The position numbers and the translations under genes were made by a program. Below are positions 11,901 through 24,500 of a DNA stretch of 64,000 bases, one piece after another (position 1 is the first letter of the stretch; every line of letters starts with the position of its first letter). The DNA is from Bugula neritina (lineage: Eukaryota; Animalia; Bryozoa), in the NCBI GenBank assembly GCA_964035545.1, contig OZ037767.1, positions 1,623,680 through 1,687,679 of the forward strand, given 5' to 3'. The notes below the pieces were generated by a model, which did no database searches, was not told where the DNA came from, and worked only from the letters and a program-made list of their open reading frames with translations.

Positions 11901-14900
11901 TATCAGATTAATTGATAAACAGATGTGATATTTGTATTCTTTGTTGATGGGATTATTGATAATAGCATTATTTGGCTTGTTGTGATATGTTGGCATAAAT
12001 ATCACCTTTTCCCATCCATCCACTCCTTTCCCCCACACCTACTCATCTCTTATCCACTCCTACCATCCATCCCCCTCTCTCCCACCATATTGCCATATTT
12101 CATACACATATAATATAATTATATTATATTATATATTATATATATAATATAATATAATTATATTCTTGGAATAACCTATGTCTATTTTGTTGTAGAAAAA
12201 AAATGCTTCAAAAAACAACTCAAATGCATCAGGCGTAGCTAATCATGCAGCCCATGGGCCTGGAAGTCGGGCATCAGACCACCCACCCGCAGTACCACTG
12301 GTGAAGACTCAGTACTCCGGTGTCTCCCCTAACATCAGGAAAGACAGAAGGCAGAACTCCTCCAACTTTAATATTTCCCAGAACAGAGAGCTGCAAGCCT
12401 TGCCTCTATTTGCAGGCAAGTTACCCACAACATATAATATTACTGTAGAATTCATCTATTATATTATAACTATATTATATTATCTTATAATAATTATTTG
12501 GTGTAAATACTAGAGTTATCTTCACCCGTCAACTCCTGAGCAATTGACAATAGTGAAGGGATTTTTATATGCCTTGAAAGATAAAACGTAGTTGACTACC
12601 CCTCAATCAAGTTGTCAATTAAATCATGTAACCCACAGTTGTTAGACAGCTTTATCCACCCCTGGAATATATCATTCTTCATATTATATTATATTATATT
12701 ATACTCTATCATATTATATATTATATTATACTATATTATATTATATTATATTATATTATACTCTATCATATTATACTATATTGTATTATATTATATTATA
12801 TTATACTCTATCATATTATATTATGTTGTATTATGTCATACTCTATTATACTATATGATGCCCTGCAGACACTGCAGCCAATGAAAGGGAGGAGCTGTTC
12901 ATCAAGAAGCTGAGACAGTGTCTGGTACAGTTTGACTTTGTCCAGGACCCCCTCTCTGACCTCAAGTGGAAGGAAGTAAAGCGGGTAGCCCTCCTAGACA
13001 TGGTTGATTACGTCTCCACCAACCGAGGGGTCATCACCGCAGAAATCTACCCGGAAATTGTGGCCATGGTAAGCAGGGCTTGTTCCATCAGTTAATTAGA
13101 TTGTCCAGAATTGGTATAAATTCAGTAATTTAACTTCTGATTCGCTAGCTTCAACCAATTCATTTTTTCGTACAATAGCAAACTATATCATGAAATAAAG
13201 TAGGAAAACTAGCATTTACAAAATAATATATGATTTATCTTTTATAAAGCATTTATTGAATGCTTTGCACTCTTATAAAGAACTTTATTTCCCTATAAAT
13301 CACGTAGAATCAGTACAGATCACATAGTCCAAGACAAGGCAAAGCACTCAGCAGTGTGATGTCATTTCCTGTCCTGTTACAGTTCAATGCCAACCTATTC
13401 CGCACGCTGCCGCCGTCCTCCAACCCCACAGGAGCTGAGTTTGACCCCGAGGAGGACGAGCCGACCTTGGAAGCCGGCTGGCCGCACATTCAGGTCATCT
13501 ACGAGCTCTTCCTTCGCTTCCTCGAGTCTCCCGACTTCCAGCCAAACACAGCCAAGCGCTTCATAGACCACAAGTTTGTCACCATGGTGAGGGACATGGC
13601 GTGCTATCCCCTCCCTTGACTTGTGGTTGTCACGTAGAACCCTAAACTAAACTGTGCTTTTATCTTGAGTCGTTATCAGCGCTGTAGTTGTGGCAGCTGC
13701 CTGTTTGTTTACAGTGAAGTATATAGCATTGATTAGACGCCAGGGGATCACTTGATTGTAACACACAGTTACCAGCTATTGTGATTATTCTCACATTTCT
13801 GTTCACTCCTTTCAGGCTCCTCCTATGTTATGTTATTTATACATGTTTGAAGGATTGTCTTCACTTTAATTCTGGTTGACGTGATCATGCTTTACACAGA
13901 TGAGGTGCTCTGTAGGATTGGTATTGCTGCTTCACATTGAACTGATAGACTTGCTATTGCTCTGTTACAGCTACTAGATCTCTTCGACAGCGAAGACCCG
14001 AGAGAAAGAGACTATCTCAAGACAATACTTCACAGAATTTATGGCAAGTTTCTGGGACTTCGAGCTTACATACGTAGACACATCAACAACATATTCTATA
14101 GGTATGTCAGAGGTGTCAACTATGCTCTATATAGGGTGTCAGCTATACTCTATATATAAGGTGTCAGCTATGCTCTATATAGGGTGTCAACTATACTCTA
14201 TATAGGGTGTCAACTATGCCCTATATAGGGTGTCAACTATACTCTATATATAAGGTGTCAACTATACTCTGCAGAGGTGTCAACTATGCCCTAAGGAGGT
14301 GTCAGAGGTATCATTACCCTGTCTCTCTCTTGTTGCAGGTTTATATACGAAACAGAGAGACACAATGGAGTGGGAGAATTGCTGGAAATACTCGGTAGTA
14401 TTATCAACGGTTTTGCTCTTCCTCTCAAAGATGAACACAAGTCATTCCTCCTCAAAGTGCTCTTACCTCTGCACAAAGTACGAAGTCTTTCCGTCTACCA
14501 CCCGCAACTAGCTTACTGCGTCGTTCAGTTCCTGGAGAAGGACCCCACGCTAACCGAACAGGTATATTCCTCTCTCACTCTTTCGCTCATCTTAGTTGTA
14601 GCCTAATATTCACAATATTCCCAATATCACAATATAATCACATAACTGCGCTATTTCTAGGTCACAGTGTTATTATGTAGCTGTGCTATTTCCAGGTCAT
14701 ACTTAGCCTCCTGAAATACTGGCCTAAGGTCCACAGCCCCAAGGAAGTCATGTTCCTCAACGAGTTGGAGGAGGTGCTGGACGTCATCGAACCCAACGAG
14801 TTTACAAAAGTCATGCAGCCTCTGTTCCGTCGCCTCGCGCAGTGTGTTTCCAGTCAGCATTTCCAGGTACACAGGCTAAGAGTAGCTCCTGGATAGACTG

Positions 14901-17285
14901 AGAGTCTGTTTGAACTGCTCACCCAGCTTGCCCTTCTTTCAGTCAGCAAACAGTCTCAGTTTAGCTGTTGGCTGTCGGTCTGCTTGTTTTGACATTCAGA
15001 CGAAATATTCACAACATTTTTCTGTGAGACATGAACCTGTTGGCTTTAGTAATAAATCATGTTGGAAGTTAGTGCAGTTTCATTGAACGAATCCACGTAA
15101 CATGTGAATATTTCTGTATGTTCCCATTTCTCAGAAGTATAATTTCTTACTATTGGCTCTTCCTAAAGTGGTGAATGAAATGAAGTGTGAAACTTAACCT
15201 AAATATAACTGATCATATCTGACTTGACTAACTCACTCCGCCAGTAGTATAACCAGCATTATACAGAGTCATGTGAATTTAGTACTATTGTTGGGCAGTT
15301 GGTTGTGGTGCAGATTGCACTTTGTTATAGAGATAGCTATGATGTTGGCCTGTCTACAGATTACAGTTGTGGTGTAATCCATGTTACATATTAATCTGTT
15401 TTAGGCAATTTCATGCAAATTATGCTGTGTTTTGAAAATTACTTCGATACTGTTTACGATTTGTTTTTAAAGTAATTGTAATGCAGATTTTACCTTCTTA
15501 TATCGAACTGTAACTTTATTTTCAATGCAACTGTGACGCAGTTTACACTTTGCTGTCAATACAGCTGTGCTGCAGTTTACACTTTACTTTCCAGGTAGCC
15601 GAGAGAGCCCTTTACTACTGGAACAACGAATACATATTGAGTCTAATATCAGATAATGTCAGCTCCATCCTCCCCATCATGTTCCCTGCATTGTATAAGA
15701 CCAAACAGCATTGGAACAAGTTAGTCTTCTTGTGTTTTTGTTGAATTTTATTATTTCTATTTGTCTAATATTAGCCACAGAGAGATGTGGTAGTTTCAAC
15801 TGTAAAGATACTGTTGCTTTCTCTTTATTAATATTTGAAGTTAATAAAATATGTACAATTTCTTATTATATGTTGCGTGTTTATTCTGTCAGCATGGAGT
15901 CTTTATAGAGCTTTTTGCATGTTACTAAATCTCTATTTCATTGAAATGGTGTATGAACAATATTCTTATCATTGACATCTAGTTGAGTCTTTACCTGCAG
16001 ACTAACATATATCCCTGTTACAGGACTATACATGGACTAATATACAACGCACTCAAGCTGTTCATGGAGATGAACCAGAAGCTGTTTGATGAGTGCACAC
16101 AGCAGTATAAACCTGACAGACAAAAGTAATCATTCTGATACCTTGTAGCATTAGTATAATAATAAATTCTACTTCATAACATTATATAATAATTTATATA
16201 ATCTGAAATCCCATAAGTCTCAAGGTCAAATCAGTTTATGAGTGAATTTTATCGATTGATGCTTTTAAAGCTTCTCTACTTTTATTGGCTAATTTATTTT
16301 ATTTTTAATATTTATTTTTGTTAGGTTCATTTGTTTTTATTTATTTCATCACCTGAGATTTTTACAACTCAGATACAGAATGCAGGGTTGTTCGCAGCCT
16401 GCTGTTTTCTACAATGTTGTGTTTTCAGTTTTATAAAGTTGACAGTAACTTATTTTCAAGTAGTTGCTAATCAGAATGGTAATTAAAATTTATGCTAGCA
16501 AATCATAGAAAACCAGCACTGAAGTGTTGTGTATATCACACATTGTCTGTTGCAGTTTGTGCCTCGTGGTATCGTTATTCCATTTTTTGTAGAGAAAAAG
16601 AAAAAAGTCGGGAGAGGGAGGAGCAGTGGTCAAAGTTAGAAAAAGTTGCATCCACTAACCCTCTTAAACAGCAGTTCCTAAAAAACGGTTAGCAATATCA
16701 ACACTATAAGCAGACGGCGTGTAAATTGCCTTATTCAACTTGTGACGCTAGTTTCTGTTACTTCATAAACCTGCCAACCTTTTTGCACTCGTAAAGTTCT
16801 ATTAAAGCAGCAGAAATCATTTTACTTACTATAGTATCTTAGCTTTTCAGTGTAAGACTCGTCTTCTTTTGACTGCTACTTTCTGTACCCAGGTACTTCT
16901 AGCGAAGATGCTTCAAGTGTTACTGACTCCAGTGCGGCACCAAGTAATGATGAACCTGTCACAGAGGGTCTAAATCATCTACAGCAGGAAGCTGGGGAGG
17001 TGAGTCTACGCCCCGTTTAGTCAAAATATTCAAAACAATAAATTTTATAAACTTATTTTACATACTTTGTTTTCTGTTTCTCCTCATCCTTTTTTCGTTT
17101 CTGTTACTTCTGGTTACTAGTATTTTGTGGTTTCTCAGCTGAAGACTGTAGAGTCTACCTCTACGGGCACTAGGAAGGTTTTGGTGAGACGAAAGTCGGA
17201 GTTGCCTCACGACAACATCACCCTGAAAGCTCTGGAAACCCACAAACGCAAAGAGGATTACTTGTCAACCATAAAGAAAGATTAG
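8973..17285 (+). CDS. PPP2R5D: PP2A regulatory subunit B56/B' (delta/gamma class); first coding exon not located
   Basis: Exons 8973-9050 (tentative), 12196-12415, 12869-13068, 13383-13586, 13971-14101, 14339-14561, 14696-14866, 15595-15719, 16024-16125, 16593-16687, 16893-16999 and 17139-17285. Motifs: [79 protein letters not shown], and the C-terminal [17 protein letters not shown] typical of the delta/gamma subgroup. AATAAA near 18012. Confidence 0.95.
9533..9620. repeat. About 30-bp tandem repeat x3 (acctagttagtagccaagt..acttggttt)
   Basis: Three near-identical copies visible in a PPP2R5 intron. Confidence 0.85.
10316..10510. repeat. Degenerate 9-bp tandem repeat (tatatactg/tatacactc)
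   Basis: Visible 9-bp periodicity; source of the spurious ILY/TLY ORF. Confidence 0.85.
14102..14312 (+). repeat. About 23-bp minisatellite (ggtgtcaactatactctatata), about 9 copies, filling a PPP2R5 intron
   Basis: Starts at the donor (14102) and occupies most of the 237-nt intron. Confidence 0.9.
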
Positions 17286-18565
17286 ACATTCTCATGCACC
17301 TTGTCTCTTAATTCAAGTCTGTGATTCTAGCTGTAAAGCGCCAAGTTTAAGCAGAGACTTGAAATACCAAGTCACGGAATGCATGCTGCCTTGGTTGGCA
17401 TATTTTCAACCAATGTTAATTTTTTTTATTTGTAATTATTATTCAGAGTGTTGTGGACGAAACAATTCGTATGTGCCTAATGTTGCCAGCAATTAGCAGC
17501 ACTTGTTCTTAGTGTCACTATCATTATGACACTTGCTACTAGTGTCACTTAGATTAAGACATTGTAAGTATTAATTGAGTAATTGGTGGTCAATTTCACT
17601 ACAACTCTGATTTCCATGATGCTGCTTTAGGAATATCTGTGCTAGCACGCTACAGCTTCTCCATTCACTCGGGTCTAGTGGTGTGTGTTTTTTATATTGG
17701 CATGCTTCGTCACATTAGCTTTTATGGCACCAATTGACAGCGTTATACATTTTTCTTTCCTAATATTTTACTAAAAGTTGCATGAAATTCAAAATCTATT
17801 AGTTAGATGTACACAGTCACTGTTTTAGATGATTTTTTTATCTTACTATTTCATTTTATCTTTACAATAGTAATTGCTACTCGGCTTCGGAAATTCCATT
17901 TAATTATTCTCATGAGAAGTTGCCCAATCAATCTGAGACAGACTAAGTTTTACTTACTATTAATTTGTTCCATGCAGCACACAACTTATGAATAATTTTG
18001 TTCTATATTATAATAAATATTTAATTGACATGAAACAGCATTGTTAAATTTATAATGATTAATATCTTTTCTTGTATAATAACCAGAATTTGAGTTATAC
18101 CATAAAATTGAATCTCTCAAACTTGTGTATAACTTGAGGGACCAACTGTCTTGGCAATATCAAAATTTTGGGAATTGAATTCAGTAGTATTTTAAAATAG
18201 AATAATATCTACACATGATTTCTTTATAATTGGTGGTGCTGAAGTAGACCTGAAAGTCTGCTATGCTTTTAGAACTAAATTCACTCAAATCTATTTAATA
18301 AGGAATTGTAATAACCTACATAAAACTCTGCCATTTTGCATTGCCTACATGAAGCTTGCCATACAACTGCCGCAACAAAATATTATTACCGTATATATAT
18401 AGAAACATTTGTGTGTTGAACAAATCTATAATATACCATATTCAGGTTTAATAGTCAAAGATATGTTTAAACTTTCATCATAAGGGTTATCTTAGTCAAC
18501 GACATTATTTATATTGATTTTAAACTACCTATATTATAATATATAGTTATATAATGTTAAACTTC

Positions 18566-18628
18566 TGCTCTCACAGGGATTTGAACCACAGACCTTCAAC
18601 TTGCAAGCTAACATGCTTACTACTATAC
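18566..18628 (-). mobile_element. tRNA-derived SINE head or decayed tRNA pseudogene
   Basis: Minus strand gtatagtagtaagcatgttagcttgcaagttgaaggtctgtggttcaaatccctgtgagagca shows an A-box-like start, an anticodon-arm-like segment and a B-box (GGTTCAAATCC), but no complete acceptor stem. Confidence 0.55.
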
Positions 18629-19767
18629 AGTATGAGGCTCCTGGAAAATCTTAACATTATATTAACTATATTATTATCTATAACAACCTGATGAGATGGA
18701 AAGCTCATTATGATATTTTCAAACTTTTAATTATGAGAAAATAAAATATCCAGCTGTGCTGGTCAATCAAAATTTAAATGAACCAACTAACAATTCAAGC
18801 AGATTGTTTGTGCATAAAGAATATAAATCGATATTCTACTTTAAAAATATTGCTTTGAAATTTTGCTTTATATAAATAATCGTGTGTCTCTTGAAAAGTT
18901 GATTTCCTTGACATTGATGATCAGGTTTCAAGTTATATCATACAAACTTGAAGGTTGGCCTAACAAATACAATATTATTACTTTCATATTTAGAAGGAGA
19001 TCAATAACTACCACTTTGAGACCGGTGATTAGAATATAAACTCATTTAATAGATCAATCCGATTAATAGCTAGAAGTGTTAATATACATCACAGAAGCTG
19101 TTGAGATTTGAATTCACCATGGCTAAGGAATCGTGTTATCATAACTTGAAGCTAATTAGTAAGTATGGCGCTATAAATAGGCAATATAATATATGTATAT
19201 AAGAATATCTTGTCACTATTAATATGTTTCAATTATAACTAAATTGGGAATAACATTATATTTGAAACTTAAATGCCAATAAAAATTAAGGTTTGTAACT
19301 TTCTATAAGTTCTATTCAGGTGCTTTGATAATGTTGTAGTGGCCATTTGTGTGTTATGGTGTTTATGGTACTTTATTGGAGCCGTAAGTTTTGACTGATG
19401 CCATAAGGCAACGTGAAAACTATAATAGTAATGTATAAAACAGCATGTTAGTAAAAATATGCAAAGATGTGTAATAAGTCACCAAGTTATTGCCAAACAA
19501 TTGAGATTTCATATTCTAATGAAAGGCAGAGATATTAGTAATTATTAAGAATAACTGTATTACCTGATTAGCTCTACTAGTTCTATAAAACGACTGCACT
19601 GGTCATGGCTCTAGCACTTGACTAGCTACCATGGCTAGGCCAAGTCTAGAACGAGCACATGTGCAAACTACAAAGCCTTATATAGCTAGCTAGTTTACAA
19701 GATGTGTTGGCTAACATAACAGCTCAAAACAGCTGCTAATTCTATAGAAAACAAATACATAGCTTAA

Positions 19768-20538
19768 AGGATTGCTCTATCTTGTCTAATAAATGGCCAT
19801 TTAGGTCAAACACACATAATATTGTGTTTTTCTAAGCATGCATTGACAAAAAGCATTTGACCAAAGGTAGAAAAAGTTAGTTGAAGTTGAGGGTGTAGAT
19901 TGGTAACAGCCAAAACGCCGATTTTGAAATGAGCTGGGAAATGTGACGTAACAGCGCCAGCATTCCTGCTGGTCACGTGACTATACAAATGAATAACTAT
20001 AGAAATATGACTGTGAGATGTGATCTTTCAGCTCGTAATTTGTATATTTATAGAAGTGCAAATGTGAATTATCTCAATCTATAGTTTTTTGACACGTTAA
20101 ATAACATGTATGTGATAACATTAGGCCATATTTTGCTTGTAAGCATAGAAAAAAGCATTGCAAAAACATGCATTCTTTAGGATGAATGCCTGCGATCGAT
20201 CTAAACTAGGTCAGATTGTGCAATGTTACGGGCGCACCAAAGCTGACCTATATAGCGCACTGTAACTGCTTGAGCGTTATTGGTTGATGTTGCGCTCAGC
20301 AACCTTGAATACTAGCGTTATAGTTAGCACGTGCAGCATAGTTACTGCAGGCGTTCACACGTCACGTATTAGGCTATTCTTTTTCATGGCTGAAAATTTT
20401 ACCTCCCTCAAAATTGGAATTTTGAAAAGCTGTTTTCTAGGCATATATCCCTTTGCAAAGTCACAATTGTTTGCATACACATTAGATTATAGTTCATAAT
20501 TATAATGTGATTGTAATAAACTAAGATAGAGCAATCCT
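19768..20538. mobile_element. Non-autonomous DNA transposon, Kolobok-like, 771 bp
   Basis: Perfect 16-bp TIRs aggattgctctatctt / aagatagagcaatcct, flanked by TTAA on both sides (19764-19767 and 20539-20542). AG..CT termini with a TTAA TSD fit Kolobok. No transposase ORF. Confidence 0.8.
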
Positions 20539-20892
20539 TTAAGGTTAATGACAATAGGTTTGACAAACTAAGTATAACTAATTTATGGATGCATTTTCAA
20601 TACTTGGGTTTCTATTTATTTGTACTAACAGGATGAGTTACAAAAAGGCCATGCTGGCCGTTACGAATATATTTAAACTAATGAGCTTAAAAAAATTGAA
20701 AAGATTGCTATTCCATAAGTTTTAGCTGTGGCAAAACAGTAATTTTATTTTAATGGATAATAATAATAATAATAATGCAGCCAAGATAATGTAGCAGATG
20801 AGTCTAATTAAAAATGAAAAAGCACTTGATAAATAGCATGTGAAATAAATGGAAAATTTTTGGTATATATAAAAACATTAAATATCAGGTTA

Positions 20893-21007
<115 letters not shown>

Positions 21008-21360
21008 AAATGAGTGTTTATAAAACGTTACTAGAGTGCTCTATAGAAATAAATCTAGAGCATAAACATTAGAAGAAATAAAATGAGATTTTATTAATAT
21101 AATGGCATTTATTACTAGTAGTTTCATACACAAGAACGATGTGCACTCATCAGATAAATTAGCCACTATGATTGCTTACAACTATAAATAATGTAATATG
21201 TAAATATACACAGATTAAAGCTAGAAGATCAGAATATAACAAAGAGGTAGCATTGGAATTAATTCCAATGCTACCTCTTTGTTATATTCTGATCTTCTAG
21301 CTGTTATTATTTACTCTGCTCTGCACTGCATTGAGCTCTCTTTAGTGGTAAACTATACAC

Positions 21361-21365
<5 letters not shown>

Positions 21366-21429
<64 letters not shown>
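21366..21429. repeat. (TA)n microsatellite
   Basis: Pure TA run about 110 bp upstream of the NHL gene ATG. Confidence 0.98.
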
Positions 21430-21431
<2 letters not shown>

Positions 21432-21540
21432 TATATATATTTGCGTGTGCGTGGGCGTAGGTGTGTAACCTGATATTTAATATGTTTTTATATATAACAA
21501 AATTTGTATTATATTGTTTTATATTGCTTTGCTTTTTACA

Positions 21541-24500
21541 ATGTTTGTGCCAGCAGTGATGATACTCATGCTGCTAGCAATTGACAGCACTTCAGGATCT
21601 GAGGAAAACTGCCAGGTGACTGACTTTGCTACCATCCCAGGATACCAAATTTACGCCATTACCCCTCACCCGAGTCTTTCTGGAACCTTCCTTGCTGGTA
21701 CTTCGAATGGCTTGCACATGGTTACCCAGGGTGCACCTTCTTCAACTGCTCTTATAAAGTTCGCTTTTATTAGCTTCAGTTCTTACTGTGTAACTTGTTG
21801 TTGAATATGATGAGTTTAGGTTATATATGATATTTGTGCTTTTCTGTTATGTGTTTTATCAATAGCAGATGCATATGGTTAAAGCCATCTGCATAATGCA
21901 ATCATTGTTTGTTTAAACATGAGCTTTGTAAAACCAAGCCTGTTTTGTATATATTTTATTTTTTTATTTTCATTATTACTTTAAAAACAAACAAAAAGCA
22001 AAACATAGCTATTAAAGTTTTAAAAAATGAAATTTTACCAGTTTCTTTCAATGATTTTCTTTTCCGTTCTCGATTTTTCAGTTCAGGAGAAATACATGGT
22101 GTGGAGACAACTTCAGATGGTTTTATCCTAATCAGTGCCAAAGCAGAAAACTGCATCAAGTCTGCTGATCCTACAAGTTTAGCTACAAGCACCTGGGCAG
22201 GAGGATGTTCATCCTCGGGATATGTTGATGGTGAGTCACTTAGCACCTGACACCTGACACCTGACACCTGACACCCGACACCTAGCACCTAGCAATTGAC
22301 ACGTAGCACAAAGCACATGATATACTTAGCACCTGACACCTGACACCTGACACCTGGCACCTGACACCTAGCACCTAGCAATTGACACCTAGCACCTAGC
22401 AATTGACACCTAGCACCTGACACCTGACACCTGACACCTTAGCACCTGACACCTGACACCTAGCACCTAGCACTTGACACCTAGCACAAAGCACATGATA
22501 TACTTATAACACTTGATACCTGACACCTAACACCTGACACTTATCACCTGACACTTAGTACCTGACACCTGAGATCTAGTCTTTGACACTCAACATTTAT
22601 TACCTGAAATCTGTCCACATTTTACATCAGCATTGTTCTTAGCAAACTAGAGGCATGTTATGCTTGTTTAAAAATGCTTAAATAAGCAGAATTTTCTGAA
22701 AATTACAGATTAATTATAAACATTAAAACAAATTATTCCAATACCAGCAAGGTTTAGCAAGTGCTGTGCAAAACACCCCTCTGTTGAAAATGTTACTATC
22801 CCTATATGTTTACTTATGTAATAGCTGGTTTCAACAGCAGTGGGTTTCACAAGAAGCCTTCCAACTGATTGTCATACTGACATAACATATATATGTTAAA
22901 AGTTTTGTTATTTTGTATTGGGAAAAATATTTATAATAAATGCATATATCGTCTCTATATATAGAGTATAACATAAAATAAATATTATAACTTAATATAA
23001 TATAATATAATAGTGTATAACATAATATAATATGATATAACATATATAACAGAATATCATATAGGTAATAAAATATAATATAGGTAATAAAATATAATAT
23101 ATAATGTAAAGGTACAATGCAGAATGCCAGATTCAACGAGGTTTTCTCATTGGCTGCTGATGAGAACAAAGAGAAGTTTTATGTAGTGGATGGAACTCGA
23201 CGAATACGCATGATTGAACCAGGTAAGTTTCTCATGTATATCTCTAGTAATCTCTTTTTCTCTTCCTACCCATATCCTTTCTATTAATATTTTTCTAATT
23301 ATATTCTTTCTAACAATTTCCTTTTTATTATTATATCCTTTCTGTTGATATATCCTTTCTAACATGATCTTTTTATACATATACGCTCTATTAATACTCT
23401 TTTTAATATTAGTTTATTTATTAATCTTCTTTCAATTTTTATTTCTAATAATATTTCTTTAATTAATATTTTTATTATCATCCTTTCTATTAGTAAGTTT
23501 TTATTCTAATATTTTTGATAATACTTTTATCCCTAATACTTTTTCTAATAATGTTCTTTCTATTATAACATTTTTTAATATTAATCTTTGTATTAGTTTC
23601 CTCTCAATTATTATTTTTATAAATATGAATACTTTTTTTTACTGAAATCGATGCGTTATCCCACCATAAATGTTTAAACTGCCAATATTGCTATATTCTG
23701 TGAGAAAATCTTGTAGCTCATCATATAACGCATCCTCATAAGAAATTATTATATTCTAACTATCATTTGACTTATAAATTTCTTATTTTAGGTTTGCATC
23801 AGTTAAGCTGAAACAGCGTTTAATTTGCTAATCACTTGCATTACATTCTACTTCACTATATTATAGGCCTATTACATTATACTTTAATTCATTATAATAA
23901 CATGATGCTGTCGTATTGTATGATATTTTTTACATTATACTGTACAACAAATTATATGACATTACCTATATACTTTATTATATCATATATCAAATTATAC
24001 TTTAATAAATTATATTATATTATCTAACATTGTATTATATTATACTTCATTGTATTGTATTAAATATTACATTGCATTTTACTGTATCGTATTATATTGC
24101 ATCATGGTATCTTATATTGCATTATATCATATTAAGTTACATTATATCATATCGTATTACAGACACTAATACTGTTAGTACAGTAGTTAATGACTACGAA
24201 AGAGTCTCCTCTATGACCGTGGACAACTTCTCAGGAGATCTGTATTTCTCAGCCGACAGCGCTGTCTATAAGTATGACATCTCGGTTGGCCAGATCCAGC
24301 TGGTGGCCGGAGAGGGAGGCACTTCAGGTGACACGGATGGAACTCTGGAAGAATCTCGGTTTAATAGAATAAAAGTGAGTTATTTATTACCGTGACCTGA
24401 GGTTAGATATGGTGCTACCTGAGGTTAGTTAGGGTAGTCTGTAGCTACCTGAGGTTAGTTAGGGTAGTCTGTAGCTACCTGAGGTTAGTTAGGGTAGTGT

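Noticed and set aside
18566-18628. Functional tRNA gene
   Set aside because: No complete cloverleaf or acceptor stem; kept only as a SINE or pseudogene-like head.
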